Below, piece by piece: positions 46,495-56,200 of a stretch of 64,000 bases of DNA. The notes beneath the pieces are model-generated. The model saw only the letters and a list, made by a program, of their open reading frames with translations, did not search any database and was not told the DNA's origin. The position numbers and the translations under genes were made by a program. The DNA is from an uncultured Clostridia bacterium (GTDB lineage Bacteria > Bacillota > Clostridia > Oscillospirales > QAKW01). Numbering within the stretch: the first letter of the stretch is position 1; the number at the start of each line of letters is the position of its first letter. The stretch is from positions 18,123 to 82,122 of the forward strand of contig CALXGQ010000006.1 in assembly GCA_944387895.1 (NCBI GenBank), written 5' to 3'.

Positions 46495-47772
46495 ATGAAC
46501 AAGAGTAGGAAATGGACAAAGCTGGCCGCTCTGGCTGTCGTAGCAGCGATGGCGGTCGTGATGCTGGCGTCCTGCCAGACGGGCGGGACCTATGAGGAGC
46601 TTGCCGGCGACGAGAGCGTTGTTACCGTCATCGGGAAGGACGCAAATACCGTTGTTCCGTATACCGGCGACCCGGTCATCGTGGTCATTGATACGGATGA
46701 TCCTCAGTATGCGACGGGCAATAACGGCAACAGCAGCGACAACAACGACGGCAGCAGCAGCGACAACAACGACGGCAGCAGCAGCGACAACAACGACGGC
46801 AGCAGCAGCGACAACAACGACGGCAGCAGCAGCGACAACAACGACGGCAGCGACAGCGACGATCTGGCGCCCGATGAGAGCGGAACTGCCGTTTCCATGC
46901 TGAGCCAGAATTTGCGCGCTACCAACTTTGGCGCAACGAACGACGGCGCCAACAATACGCTGGGGTTTCGTCAATACCGGTTTCAGAAGCTGGTAGAAAC
47001 CTATGATCCCGATGTGATCGCTACCCAGGAAGTGACCCCCGACTGGCTGGAGGCCCTTTATGCGTTGCTTCCGGACTATACGGTTCATTATAAATGGCGT
47101 TCCGAAAGCAATAAAGAAGGAACCCCGGTTCTTTATAAAACTTCCAAATACGAGTGCGTGGAATCCGGCCATTTCTGGCTTTCCGAAACGCCGAATGTGG
47201 AAAGCCCCTCTTATGGCGAGGAAGGGATCGTTGCCCGTATCACCAGCTGGGTGCGGCTGAAGGATAAAACCACCGGCAGCGAGTTCTATTTCTATTCCAC
47301 CCACTTTGGTCTGGGCGGCGGGCAGGTTGTCCGCGGCGCCGGTAATCAGATTGCGGAGACCTTTTCCTCTCTGCCGCCCGGCAGTTATGCCTTTGTCATG
47401 GGCGATTTCAACGACGCTTATCAGAGCAAGGATTACCTGTCCTATATGGATTATGTCCGGATCGTGGATCTGCGCGACGTTGCATCTGAAATGTCGGACG
47501 CGGGGATCTGCGAGATTGGTGAGATTCGCACCGGAACCATGAATGGTTTTAGGGAAGAAGAAAATTACTATAATGGCGGCGGCGGCTTTATCGACCACTG
47601 CATGGCGAAGCCCAACGCCCACCTTGCCGTTGATTTCTATGGCGTTCTCTACGACCGGATCGAGGTAGAATCTGAGAGCGTGCCGCTGGGATATGTATCC
47701 GACCACTTCGGCGTACTCTGCAATGTGCGCATCGATACCACGCCTTCTTACGCAGATTATTATGCTCTGTAA
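46495..47772 (+). CDS. EEP family lipoprotein with an (SSDNNDGS)x5 linker
   Basis: GGAGG RBS. Signal peptide plus lipobox (VVMLASC). EEP motifs are ATQEVTP, FWLSETP, MGDFND and SDHFG. Confidence 0.85.
   Translation: MNKSRKWTKLAALAVVAAMAVVMLASCQTGGTYEELAGDESVVTVIGKDANTVVPYTGDPVIVVIDTDDPQYATGNNGNSSDNNDGSSSDNNDGSSSDNNDGSSSDNNDGSSSDNNDGSDSDDLAPDESGTAVSMLSQNLRATNFGATNDGANNTLGFRQYRFQKLVETYDPDVIATQEVTPDWLEALYALLPDYTVHYKWRSESNKEGTPVLYKTSKYECVESGHFWLSETPNVESPSYGEEGIVARITSWVRLKDKTTGSEFYFYSTHFGLGGGQVVRGAGNQIAETFSSLPPGSYAFVMGDFNDAYQSKDYLSYMDYVRIVDLRDVASEMSDAGICEIGEIRTGTMNGFREEENYYNGGGGFIDHCMAKPNAHLAVDFYGVLYDRIEVESESVPLGYVSDHFGVLCNVRIDTTPSYADYYAL
46732..46851 (+). repeat. Perfect tandem repeat, 5 x 24 bp (agcagcgacaacaacgacggcagc), in frame
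   Basis: Counted directly. The five identical units start at 46732, 46756, 46780, 46804 and 46828. Confidence 0.95.
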
Positions 47773-47782
47773 ATAATTGAGG

Positions 47783-47815
47783 AAAGATCCGGGTCGCAGG
47801 ACCCGGATCTTTTTG
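47783..47815 (+). terminator. Rho-independent terminator
   Basis: Stem AAAGATCCGGGTC / GACCCGGATCTTT, loop GCAG, then TT. Confidence 0.8.
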
Positions 47816-47868
47816 CCCGGCGGGAAGTCTGCCGGATCGATTCAAGACAAGTGAGGATCCTTATTATC

Positions 47869-48738
47869 ATGAAAAAAATAGCAATGCGCATCTGCGCCGG
47901 CCTGTTGGCGGTGCTTCTGACCGCTTTATGCGGCGGATGTAAAGGGGATCGGGAAATGGAGCTCACCGTGATGTCCCAGAATCTGCTGGTTGACTCCAAT
48001 GAGGACGACGAAAATAATATTTTTTACCGAGCCGACCGTTTCATAGCGCTGCTGGAAACCTATCAGCCGGATATCGCCGGCCTTCAGGAGTTTACGCCGA
48101 GCTGGGACGCGCTCATCTATGAATATCTGGAGGAAAAAGGGTATGGCATCGCCATGCAGTACCGTTCTTCCAGCGACCGGGAGGCGACGCCGATCATTTA
48201 TAACGCCAACCGCCTGGAGCTGATCGAGGAGAAGCATTTCTGGCTCTCTGATACGCCGGAGGAGGAATCCCCCTCCTGGGACGACGGCGACGGCCGCCGC
48301 TGCCGGATCGTAACGACCTGCGTTTTCGAGGATAAGGAAACGGGGATCCGCTTCGCCCATCTCAACACCCACTTTGGGCTGACGGCGTACTCCCAGGAGA
48401 ATTCCGGCCAGATGATCAACGAATATGTGCAGGAGCATTACGCCGATATGCCGGTGTTTGTCACCGGGGACTTCAATACGACGGAAGGAAGCACGCCCTA
48501 CAATAATATCATTGCCAACGACGTTCTTTTCAATTCCCAGTATCTGGCGGAGGAATTTGGGAACGTGACCGGGACCTTTAACGGTCTGGAGGACGGCGAA
48601 TCCAGCACAGTAATCGATTTTATTTTCGTCTCCGCGGCGGTGACGCCGGTTTACTACAGCGTTCTGACCGATAAGCCGGACGGCAAGTTTGTTTCCGACC
48701 ATTACGCGGTTCTGACGAAAAATATCATCCGCTCCTGA
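47869..48738 (+). CDS. EEP family lipoprotein
   Basis: MKKIAMRICAGLLAVLLTALCGGC lipobox. EEP motifs are GLQEFTP, FWLSDTP, TGDFNT and SDHYA. Confidence 0.85.
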   Translation: MKKIAMRICAGLLAVLLTALCGGCKGDREMELTVMSQNLLVDSNEDDENNIFYRADRFIALLETYQPDIAGLQEFTPSWDALIYEYLEEKGYGIAMQYRSSSDREATPIIYNANRLELIEEKHFWLSDTPEEESPSWDDGDGRRCRIVTTCVFEDKETGIRFAHLNTHFGLTAYSQENSGQMINEYVQEHYADMPVFVTGDFNTTEGSTPYNNIIANDVLFNSQYLAEEFGNVTGTFNGLEDGESSTVIDFIFVSAAVTPVYYSVLTDKPDGKFVSDHYAVLTKNIIRS

Positions 48739-48747
48739 TCCCAAAGC

Positions 48748-48781
48748 AAAGACTTTTGCCGGGCCCGGCAAAAGTCTTTTG
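48748..48781 (+). terminator. Terminator (perfect 32-nt palindrome)
   Basis: AAAGACTTTTGCCGGG / CCCGGCAAAAGTCTTT followed by T. Confidence 0.7.
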
Positions 48782-48810
48782 GCGTAGAATCTCCGTATTT
48801 GATCCCATGG

Positions 48811-48852
48811 AAAAAGCAGGCGGCTGCCGCATCATGCGGCAGCCGCCTTTTT
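48811..48852. terminator. Bidirectional terminator
   Basis: Stem GGCGGCTGCCGCA / TGCGGCAGCCGCC flanked by AAAAA and TTTTT. Confidence 0.75.
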
Positions 48853-48924
48853 GCACCGGATGGGGCGAAGCCCCGGCTTCTTGTTGCGCCGAATGGGGGC
48901 GGGAAAGGGCCGGCTTCTTTTTGC

Positions 48925-49080
48925 TCAGGCCTGAAAGGAACGGAAATGCCGCTCGATGACAGGCTCTTCCGCAGGCTCCCCGACCTGCGCTTTCAGCTTC
49001 CTGTTTTCCGCCAGCAGAGAACCGGCCAACCCGGTGCTGAGAAAGGTCAGGCTGACGGCAAGATACCAGATAATGCTCAT
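48925..49080 (-). CDS. Small hypothetical membrane protein (51 aa)
   Basis: MSIIWYLAVSLTFLSTGLAGSLLAENRKL... has one TM helix. AAGGAG lies 8 nt upstream, a TATAAT box lies about 45 nt upstream, and a terminator lies downstream. Confidence 0.35.
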   Translation of the reverse strand: MSIIWYLAVSLTFLSTGLAGSLLAENRKLKAQVGEPAEEPVIERHFRSFQA

Positions 49081-49154
49081 GGGCTCATCTCCTTTTTTCT
49101 TTGATGAGGCCATTATAGCAGAAGAACTGTCCCATAAACAGTACAGTAAAAACA

Positions 49155-49188
49155 GGCAAAAAACCGGCGCCCCTGCCGGGCGCCGGTT
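49155..49188 (-). terminator. Terminator after the lipid kinase gene
   Basis: Stem AACCGGCGCCC / GGGCGCCGGTT with TTTTTTG on the minus strand. Confidence 0.7.
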
Positions 49189-49307
49189 GCTGCGGGGGTG
49201 GGGCATAAAGCCCGCCTCTCTTTTTTGGCAAGTTGGCTAATGAGGCGGATCGCGTTGTGCAAAACCGGAATCTGCTCCCCCGGAACGCTGCCCCCCTTAT
49301 TACAGGT

Positions 49308-50192
49308 TCAGATGATCAGACTGATGGCGTTATGCAAAACCGAGATCTGCACCTCGGTGCAAAGCCCGCCGGATTCGCCGTCCAGCGTCCAGGAAAGGGG
49401 CTTGGCGGTGCGGAAGGTGATGTCTTTAGCGTGAGCAAAGACCACATAACGGGGATCGTATTTCCCTCTCACCAGCTGTTGGATGATGCGGTTGAGCTCG
49501 GCGACGTTTTTGGGATTGCGCACCAGCATCAGCTCAAATTCTCCGTCGTCCAGCCGGACGTCCAGATGATTCAGCTTGTAAAGCCCGCCGATGGAGGTGG
49601 AGTTGGAAACGGAGCCGAAAAGGAACTCGCCGGAAAAGCTGGCGCCGTCCGCCGTCACTTCCGCTTCAAAGGGTGATATGTTCCCGATTTCCTTCACGCC
49701 CTCCAGAAGATAGGCGGAATGCCCCAGAATGTTTTTGATCCGCTGAGGGGTGGAATAGGAAACCTTGGTAAAGGCACCCAGAGAGGCGATATAAGTAAAG
49801 TTGCGGTCGTTAAAGGAGCCGATGTCGCAGAAGCGGGGAAAACCGGAAAGGATGCGGTTCATGCACTTGTCTGCCTTTTTCGGAAGCTGAAGCGTCCGGG
49901 CGAAATCGTTGGTGGTTCCCGCCGGAACGTAGCCCAGCGGCGTTTTCAGCCCGGCTGCAAGGATGCCGTTGATCACCTCGTTGAGGGTGCCGTCTCCACC
50001 GCAGCAGACGATCAGATCCTGATCCGCGCCGTATTCCTTGGCAAAGGCAATGCCGTCGCCGGGCTTGGTCGTGGTCTGGGCGAGGACGATATAATTATTC
50101 TGGCTCAGCCGGTCGATGATCTCAAACATATCCTTTTTGGCTTTTTTCGTGCCGGCGCGGGGATTGACGATTACCAAAGCGCGTTTGCTCAT
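49308..50192 (-). CDS. Diacylglycerol kinase-like lipid kinase (YegS/BmrU/DagK family)
   Basis: ALVIVNPRAG...IVCCGGDGTLNEVINGI...GTTNDFAR motifs. Confidence 0.88.
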   Translation of the reverse strand: MSKRALVIVNPRAGTKKAKKDMFEIIDRLSQNNYIVLAQTTTKPGDGIAFAKEYGADQDLIVCCGGDGTLNEVINGILAAGLKTPLGYVPAGTTNDFARTLQLPKKADKCMNRILSGFPRFCDIGSFNDRNFTYIASLGAFTKVSYSTPQRIKNILGHSAYLLEGVKEIGNISPFEAEVTADGASFSGEFLFGSVSNSTSIGGLYKLNHLDVRLDDGEFELMLVRNPKNVAELNRIIQQLVRGKYDPRYVVFAHAKDITFRTAKPLSWTLDGESGGLCTEVQISVLHNAISLII

Positions 50193-50307
50193 TTTCTCAC
50201 CTCCGGTTTCTTCCTTACTTTTATATTATATTGGATTTTCATAAAATTTCAATGGATTTTTTATAAATGATATGGTATCATTAAAAAAACAAAGAAAGGA
50301 AAAAGCC

Positions 50308-50628
50308 ATGGAAAAACTGCCGCGCCGGGAGAATCCCGTTTATCTTTTCTGGAAAATACTCTGGTCTTTTTCCTTTGCGACCGGCGTTTTGGCGCTGATC
50401 GTCAGCTTTTTCAGCCTGAACACCGGCCTGACCGGCATGACGCCGCCGATGACGTATGCGGTGTCCGTCTGCGCGGCGTCCGTCTTTTTCCCGGTTTATC
50501 TGCTGCCCTCCTATTATGCCTACCGCAACCGGGCGGCGAACCGGAAGAAGCTGCTTCTCTGCAATCTGTTTCTCGGCTGGACCGTTGTGGGCTATATCGT
50601 CTGCGCTGTAAAGGTTTTCCGCAAATAA
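50308..50628 (+). CDS. Superinfection-immunity-domain (Imm_superinfect-like) small membrane protein
   Basis: The C-terminal YLLPSYYAYRNRAANRKKLLLCNLFLGWTVVGYIVCAV matches the family pattern (..P..IA..R.....I...N...GWT..GW..A). Confidence 0.55.
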   Translation: MEKLPRRENPVYLFWKILWSFSFATGVLALIVSFFSLNTGLTGMTPPMTYAVSVCAASVFFPVYLLPSYYAYRNRAANRKKLLLCNLFLGWTVVGYIVCAVKVFRK

Positions 50629-50679
50629 AACGCAAGAAGCGGCGCACCCTATCCCTGACAGGGAAAGGAAGGGTGTCTG

Positions 50680-51060
50680 ATGAAAAAAAGCGAAAAAATT
50701 ATGGCCTTTACCAGCGGGTTCACCGGTTATCCGCTTTTGGAACTGATGTGGCGGGGGCGTACCCACTGGAGCATGGCGCTGGCGGGCGGGCTGGCGGTTC
50801 TCTGCCTTTATCCGGCATGCAGAAAAGGCAGTCTGAGCGGCTTTTGCTGCAAAACCGCGGCAGTCATAACCGGGATCGAGCTGACCTTCGGCTTATTATT
50901 CAATATTATTCTTCAAAAAAACGTCTGGGATTATTCTCAGAAGCTTTGGAACCTCTGGGGTCAGATCTGCCTGCCCTACTGCTGCCTCTGGTTCCTGCTG
51001 GGCATCCCGATCCGCTGGCTCTGCCGTGGACTCTGCCGGGCCTGCAGTAATTTACCGTAA
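50680..51060 (+). CDS. CmpB/DUF1113-type putative ABC-transporter type IV membrane protein (short)
   Basis: ...NVWDYSQKLWNLWGQICLPYCCLWFLLG... matches the W.DYS......G.ICL..S..W motif. Its stop codon abuts the MITE end. Confidence 0.55.
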   Translation: MKKSEKIMAFTSGFTGYPLLELMWRGRTHWSMALAGGLAVLCLYPACRKGSLSGFCCKTAAVITGIELTFGLLFNIILQKNVWDYSQKLWNLWGQICLPYCCLWFLLGIPIRWLCRGLCRACSNLP

Positions 51061-51311
51061 GCAAAGCCGATCCATCCGCTCCCGCCTAAAGCGGCATCAT
51101 TTCGGCGCTTTTCGGCTTGTTGTCAGCCTTGCGGTTTCCGCCGCACCAAAACTCACGCAAAATTCCGCTCGTTTCAGGTTGAGTTTAAAAGGGGGGATTT
51201 TTGGCGTGGCAAGGCACAAAACGCAGTAAATTCCGGCGGATTTACGCATATTTTAACGCTGCAAAGGCGAACATCCTCCCTTTAATCGGGTTTGGATGGA
51301 TCGGCTTTGCC
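51058..51311 (-). mobile_element. MITE-like repeat element, copy B (inverted relative to copy A)
   Basis: Ends are aGCAAAGCCGAT ... ATCGGCTTTGCC. The reverse complement aligns with 6012-6288 apart from a 13-bp indel and scattered substitutions. Confidence 0.7.
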
Positions 51312-51324
51312 GAAGGAGAAACGA

Positions 51325-51978
51325 ATGGTTCATATCGGAAACAGTTGGGACGCGCTCCTTGCCGATCAGTTCCGGCAGGAATACTATCTGCGCCTGCGGG
51401 AGTTTTTGAAAAAGGAATACCGCACCCGGCGGATCTATCCGCTGATGGATGAAATTTTTACCGCCCTGCGGGAAACGCCTTATGAAAAGGTGAAGGCGGT
51501 GATTCTGGGTCAGGATCCCTATCACCAGCCCGGGCAGGCGCAGGGGATGTGCTTTTCCGTGCGCAGGGGGGTTGCGCCGCCGCCGTCGCTGGTCAACATC
51601 TTCAAGGAGCTGGAGGCGGAGCTTGGCGTCGCGCCGCCGGGTCACGGCGATCTGACCGGCTGGGCCCGGGAAGGGGTGCTGCTGCTCAATACGGTGCTGA
51701 CCGTTCGGGAAAGCGCGCCCGGCTCCCACCGGGGGCAGGGCTGGGAAACTTTGACCGACCGCATCATCGAGCTGCTCAACGACCGGCCGGAGCCGATCGT
51801 CTTTTTCCTCTGGGGCAGCTATGCCAGAGCGAAAAAGACGCTGATCACCAATCCGGTCCATCTGGTACTGGAAGCGCCGCATCCCAGCCCGCTTTCGGCC
51901 CACAACGGCTTTTTCGGCTGCGGGCATTTTAAAAAAGCCAACGAATTTTTAAAGGATCCGATCAACTGGAACTTATAA
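51325..51978 (+). CDS. ung: Uracil-DNA glycosylase (family 1)
   Basis: GQDPYH, GVLLLN and HPSPLSA motifs. AAGGAGA RBS upstream of the ATG at 51325. The track start at 51292 is inside the MITE. Confidence 0.93.
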   Translation: MVHIGNSWDALLADQFRQEYYLRLREFLKKEYRTRRIYPLMDEIFTALRETPYEKVKAVILGQDPYHQPGQAQGMCFSVRRGVAPPPSLVNIFKELEAELGVAPPGHGDLTGWAREGVLLLNTVLTVRESAPGSHRGQGWETLTDRIIELLNDRPEPIVFFLWGSYARAKKTLITNPVHLVLEAPHPSPLSAHNGFFGCGHFKKANEFLKDPINWNL

Positions 51979-51991
51979 GGAGGAAACAGAA

Positions 51992-52993
51992 ATGAGTGTG
52001 GAAAAGAGTGCCTTTGGTACGGCGGAAAAAATCACCATCCGCGGCAGCGGGATGCTGGATGTCAGCCTGCTTACATATGGTGCGACGGTTCAGGCGATCC
52101 AGTACCGGGGCGTCGACGTTGCCCTCGGCTACAACACGCTGGCGGATTATCAGACGATGGACGGCTATCTCGGCGCCACAGTCGGCCGCTATGCCAACCG
52201 GATCGCCGGAGGAAAATTCAAATTAAATGGCAAGACCTACGACGTCGGCTGCAACGAGCCGGGCCGCGGCCATCTTCATGGCGGAACGATCGGCCTGAGC
52301 AGGCGGATGTGGCGGGCGGAGGTGCTCAGCGGCACCGCGCTGCGGATGTCGGCGATCCTGCCCGACGGGGAGGACGGATATCCGGGCAATTTGCAGGTAT
52401 CGGTGCTGTTTGAGGTGGAGGGCGATGTGTTCCGCATCACCTATGAAGCCCTCTGCGATCAGGATACGATCTTCAATCCCACCAACCACTGCTATTTCAA
52501 CCTGAACGGGCAGGACGGCGCGCCGATCACCAACCACCTGCTGACCATCAACGCCTCCGCCTATACGCCGGTGGATCAGAAGCTGATCCCCACCGGCGAG
52601 CTGCGTCCCGTGCAGGGCACCCCCTTTGATTTCACGGTGGAAAAGCCCATCGGCAGGGATATCGACGCCGCCGATCCCCAGCTCCGGCTGGGTTTAGGCT
52701 ACGATCATAACTTCGTGCTCCGGGGCGAGGGGCTGCGGCAGGCCGCCGTGGCGGTCTCCCCGGTCACCGGCATCCGGATGGAATGCTTTACCGATCGCCC
52801 CGGCGTTCAGTTCTATTCCGGCAACTGCCTGGATAACCCCCGGGGCAAATCCGGCGCCATGGGCGCGCGCCAGGGCTTTTGCCTGGAAACCCAGACCTTC
52901 CCCGACGCGCCCAACCACCCCTCCTTCCCCTCGGCGGAGCTGAAGCAGGGGGCGTCCTTCCGCTCCGTAACGGAATACCGCTTCTCAAAATAA
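51992..52993 (+). CDS. galM: Aldose 1-epimerase (galactose mutarotase)
   Basis: VGRYANRI, HLHGG, NHCYFNL and CLETQ motifs. Confidence 0.88.
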   Translation: MSVEKSAFGTAEKITIRGSGMLDVSLLTYGATVQAIQYRGVDVALGYNTLADYQTMDGYLGATVGRYANRIAGGKFKLNGKTYDVGCNEPGRGHLHGGTIGLSRRMWRAEVLSGTALRMSAILPDGEDGYPGNLQVSVLFEVEGDVFRITYEALCDQDTIFNPTNHCYFNLNGQDGAPITNHLLTINASAYTPVDQKLIPTGELRPVQGTPFDFTVEKPIGRDIDAADPQLRLGLGYDHNFVLRGEGLRQAAVAVSPVTGIRMECFTDRPGVQFYSGNCLDNPRGKSGAMGARQGFCLETQTFPDAPNHPSFPSAELKQGASFRSVTEYRFSK

Positions 52994-53020
52994 CCGGCCG
53001 GGCAGCGCCCGCTTCCGGGA

Positions 53021-53057
53021 AAAAGGGACAGACCGATTGGTCTGTCCCTTTCTTTTT
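53021..53057 (+). terminator. Rho-independent terminator after galM
   Basis: Stem AAAGGGACAGACC / GGTCTGTCCCTTT followed by CTTTTTT. Confidence 0.85.
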
Positions 53058-53168
53058 TAATAGGCCCGTCCTGCGCCGGGGGGAGAAATCTTTGTGCAAA
53101 TTTTACGAGTAGAATTTAAATATAAAAAAAGATTTCACATATTGTGCAAAAAAAACAACATAAAGTGG

Positions 53169-53197
53169 TTTCAAAATAAGTTCGGGTGTGGTACAAT
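53169..53197 (+). promoter_or_regulatory. Putative promoter with extended -10 (TTTCAA-17-TGgTACAAT) for the giant surface protein gene
   Basis: gtgTGgTACAAT ends at 53197. It lies in an AT-rich region about 80 nt upstream of the ATG at 53278. Confidence 0.5.
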
Positions 53198-53277
53198 GTA
53201 TTCATATGAAAGTCCCGGAAATCGGAATCCAACCGGAAGATGGGCAAAATTATATCAAAGAAGGAGGATTTGTGATT

Positions 53278-56200
53278 ATGGTCACAAAAAGAACAAGACT
53301 GGTATCCGGCATTGCCGCAGTTTTGATGCTGATCTCCATGATGACGGCCGTGGTGCTCCCCGCGGGCGCCGCCAACGCCTGGGATCAGTATGAAACCGTG
53401 GCGAGCACGGGTCTTTACGACGCGAGCGCTCTGCCGAATATCACCGATTATGCTTCCGGCACCGCCACATATCAGGTGAATAGTGTCGAAGGCATCAAGA
53501 AAATACGTGATCTGGTATATGGCGGGACCACCCTGGCCGACGTCACCATTTATCAGACGGCAGACATCGATATGGGCTGGGAGCCCTTTACCGGTATCGG
53601 TGATGTTAGTGCCAAAAAACCGTTTTCCGGCACCTACGACGGAAACGGCTTTACCATTGATGGTCTCTATGTTCTGAAAAACAACGACCAAAACGGCGGC
53701 GCCGGCCTGTTTGGCTATGTCAGCGCCGGCACGATCAAGAACGTCGGCATTGCCAGCGGTCTGATCATCGGCAATCAGTGGACCGGCTCCGTGATCGGCA
53801 GCGCCACCAGCAATACCAAGGTTCTCAACTGCTGGAACGCCGCTACCATCGTGGGCGGCAACAGCGGCACCGGCGGTATCGCGGGCCGCATGGCAGACGA
53901 CAACTCCGCGGTTGTCAACTGCTATAACCTGGGAACCATCATCGTTCCCACCTCCAAGTCCGCCGGTATCGTGGGCTGGATCAATAACGCCGCTACTTAT
54001 GTTGCCAACTGCTACAATGCGGGCGAGATCGTTTCCGGTTTTTATGAAGTAGCGAAACACAACGAGCTTCATGAATACAGCGCGATCCTGAACGCCGACT
54101 TTACCTCGGAGCGCGGCGTCGACAACGATAATAACTACTTCGTCACCGGCCGCGGCAAGACCGGCTCCGTTGCGGATCTTTTCGCCGCTGCTGTGGCTGC
54201 CGAAACAGATCCGACTGTTCCGGCTGGCTATGATGGAGAAGGCGCGCTGCTTCAAACCACCGACGCCGCCACCGGCGTGGAGGCTTCGGCGCTGACCGAT
54301 GCTACCGATGCGGGTCTGGCCGCCAAGCTGAATGCCGGCGCCAGGATGAGTGAAGGCGCTGTGGATGGCTATACCGTAGCCTTTGCGGTTTCCGATATCG
54401 GCTATCCGGTTCTGACCTATAGCAAGGATGGCCATGTTGCGGTCAAGCGCGTCGCCCATACGACCATCAACGTCAACGGCGAGCGGGAAACCTGGGAAAA
54501 TAAGAGCACCCTTTATGCCACCCTGCTGGATAATGTAAACGGCGGTTTCGGCAGAGCGGTAACTCATCCGATGGACAATCTGCAAATCGGCACCGCCAAC
54601 GATCTGTTCGTTCTGGCGCTGGCCAGCAACGGTGTCGCCTATACGACCATTTACGGCAATGGCTATATCTTTATCACCAATGATATCGATATGCTGGATA
54701 TGGATCTGCTGCCGGTGCAGTATTTTACCCCGATCTCCGCTTCCAACGGAAGCTGGTCCGGCACGCTGGACGGGCAGAACCATGTCATCAAAAACTGGAA
54801 GCTCTATGTCGCGATCAATGGCGGAAACGCCACCTCCGGCCTGATCAACGTGATCAACGGAAATGTGGCGACGATCCGGGATCTGGGTCTGGTTGATTTT
54901 GATTATACCTATGAAGCCTATACAACCGGCAACGTCTATAGCTATCCCGCCGGTATCGTCGATAGAGTTTATAAGAACTTTACGGCTGATAACTGCTTTG
55001 CGACAGGCACCTTTACCTTCAATGAAACCGATTTCGGATCTGCAATAAACTCCAACAATCTGGGCGGTATCATGGGTCGTTCCTGGGGCGCTGAAATCAA
55101 CATCACCAACTGCTGGAGCAACTGTACCGTAGTGGGAGATCCCGCGGCGGACGGCGCCCGCGTGGCCGGCTCTAACAGCGGCGGTACGGTTACCGGCACC
55201 AGCAACAACTATTATTTCGCCGATACCGTTTTTAGCGATGGCAACAACCCCATCGCCGGTTCGGATTATCAGACGCTGGTGACCTCTTCTGAGGTCTCCC
55301 GCAGCAACGTTTATGCGCTGGCCGCCCATCTGAACGAGCATCTGACCCAGAAGTGGACGGTCGACGCCGAGGGCAACGTCACCTTTGCCGAGGGCAACGC
55401 CACCCATACCGTCGTCTTCCAGAAGATGATTGGCGGATATGTGGTTGGCAGCGAGCGGCAGTATGCCAACGCGGGATCGGAAGTGACCGTTACGATTCCG
55501 GCAGGATATGAGATGGTGGACGATGGCAACCTCCCCGAGGGCGCGGAAGACGGCACCTTTACGATGCCGGATAGCAATGTGACCATCTCCTGCGAGATGG
55601 CAACGCCCGACTGGACGATCATCGAAGAGCTGATTGCGGAATATGAAGAGCTGAATCTCGACAGCCTGGTAAGCGGCGAGGAAATGGCCTCGCAGCTGGA
55701 GGATATGAAGCTTGATCTGGCAGATAAGGATACGTTCGAAGATGAGCTGGCGCTTGATATCATTGGCGAGTATGTTGCGCAAGACGCAGGCTTTGATAAA
55801 TCCCTGAAAGAGGGCTATTATCCGCAGTATTCCATGAAAGACAGCTTTGATGATAGCCATACCGAGTTTGCCATCACCACGAAGGAAGACTGGCTGGCTG
55901 CGGTCAACGATGTCGGTGCAGTTGCTTTTGAAGGCATCACCCTCCATTTCACCAACGACATTGATATGGAAAATACCAATATGGGGCTCCTGGGCGGAAG
56001 CAACGGCTTCAAAGGCACGATCAACGGTCACGGATATGTGATGAAGAACGTGTATATGCAGAGATCGACCACCAATGCCGATCGCGGCGCCGGTCTGGTC
56101 GGGGCTCTCTACGGCACCATTACGGATCTGGGCATCGCCAGCGGTCTTTTTGATATCACCTATGAAGCGAGTGGGGATGACAAAGCTACCGGCGCCTTTG

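Noticed and set aside
46345-47706. 453-aa minus-strand ORF containing (AAAVVVVA)n
   Set aside because: This is the antisense reading of the EEP lipoprotein gene. The repeat is just the complement of the SSDNNDGS coding repeat.
50308-50628. Superinfection-immunity-domain protein as a prophage marker
   Set aside because: No phage structural, integrase or repressor genes are nearby. This small membrane domain is common in chromosomal contexts.
25902-52537. Other long antisense ORFs. Examples: 25902-26681, 28409-29914, 30654-31874, 35627-36955, 37104-37907, 38275-39060, 39429-40121, 43281-44342, 44766-46388, 47926-48771, 49719-50270, 51253-51927
   Set aside because: Each lies opposite a gene with clear family signatures. 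None has an RBS or recognisable motifs.
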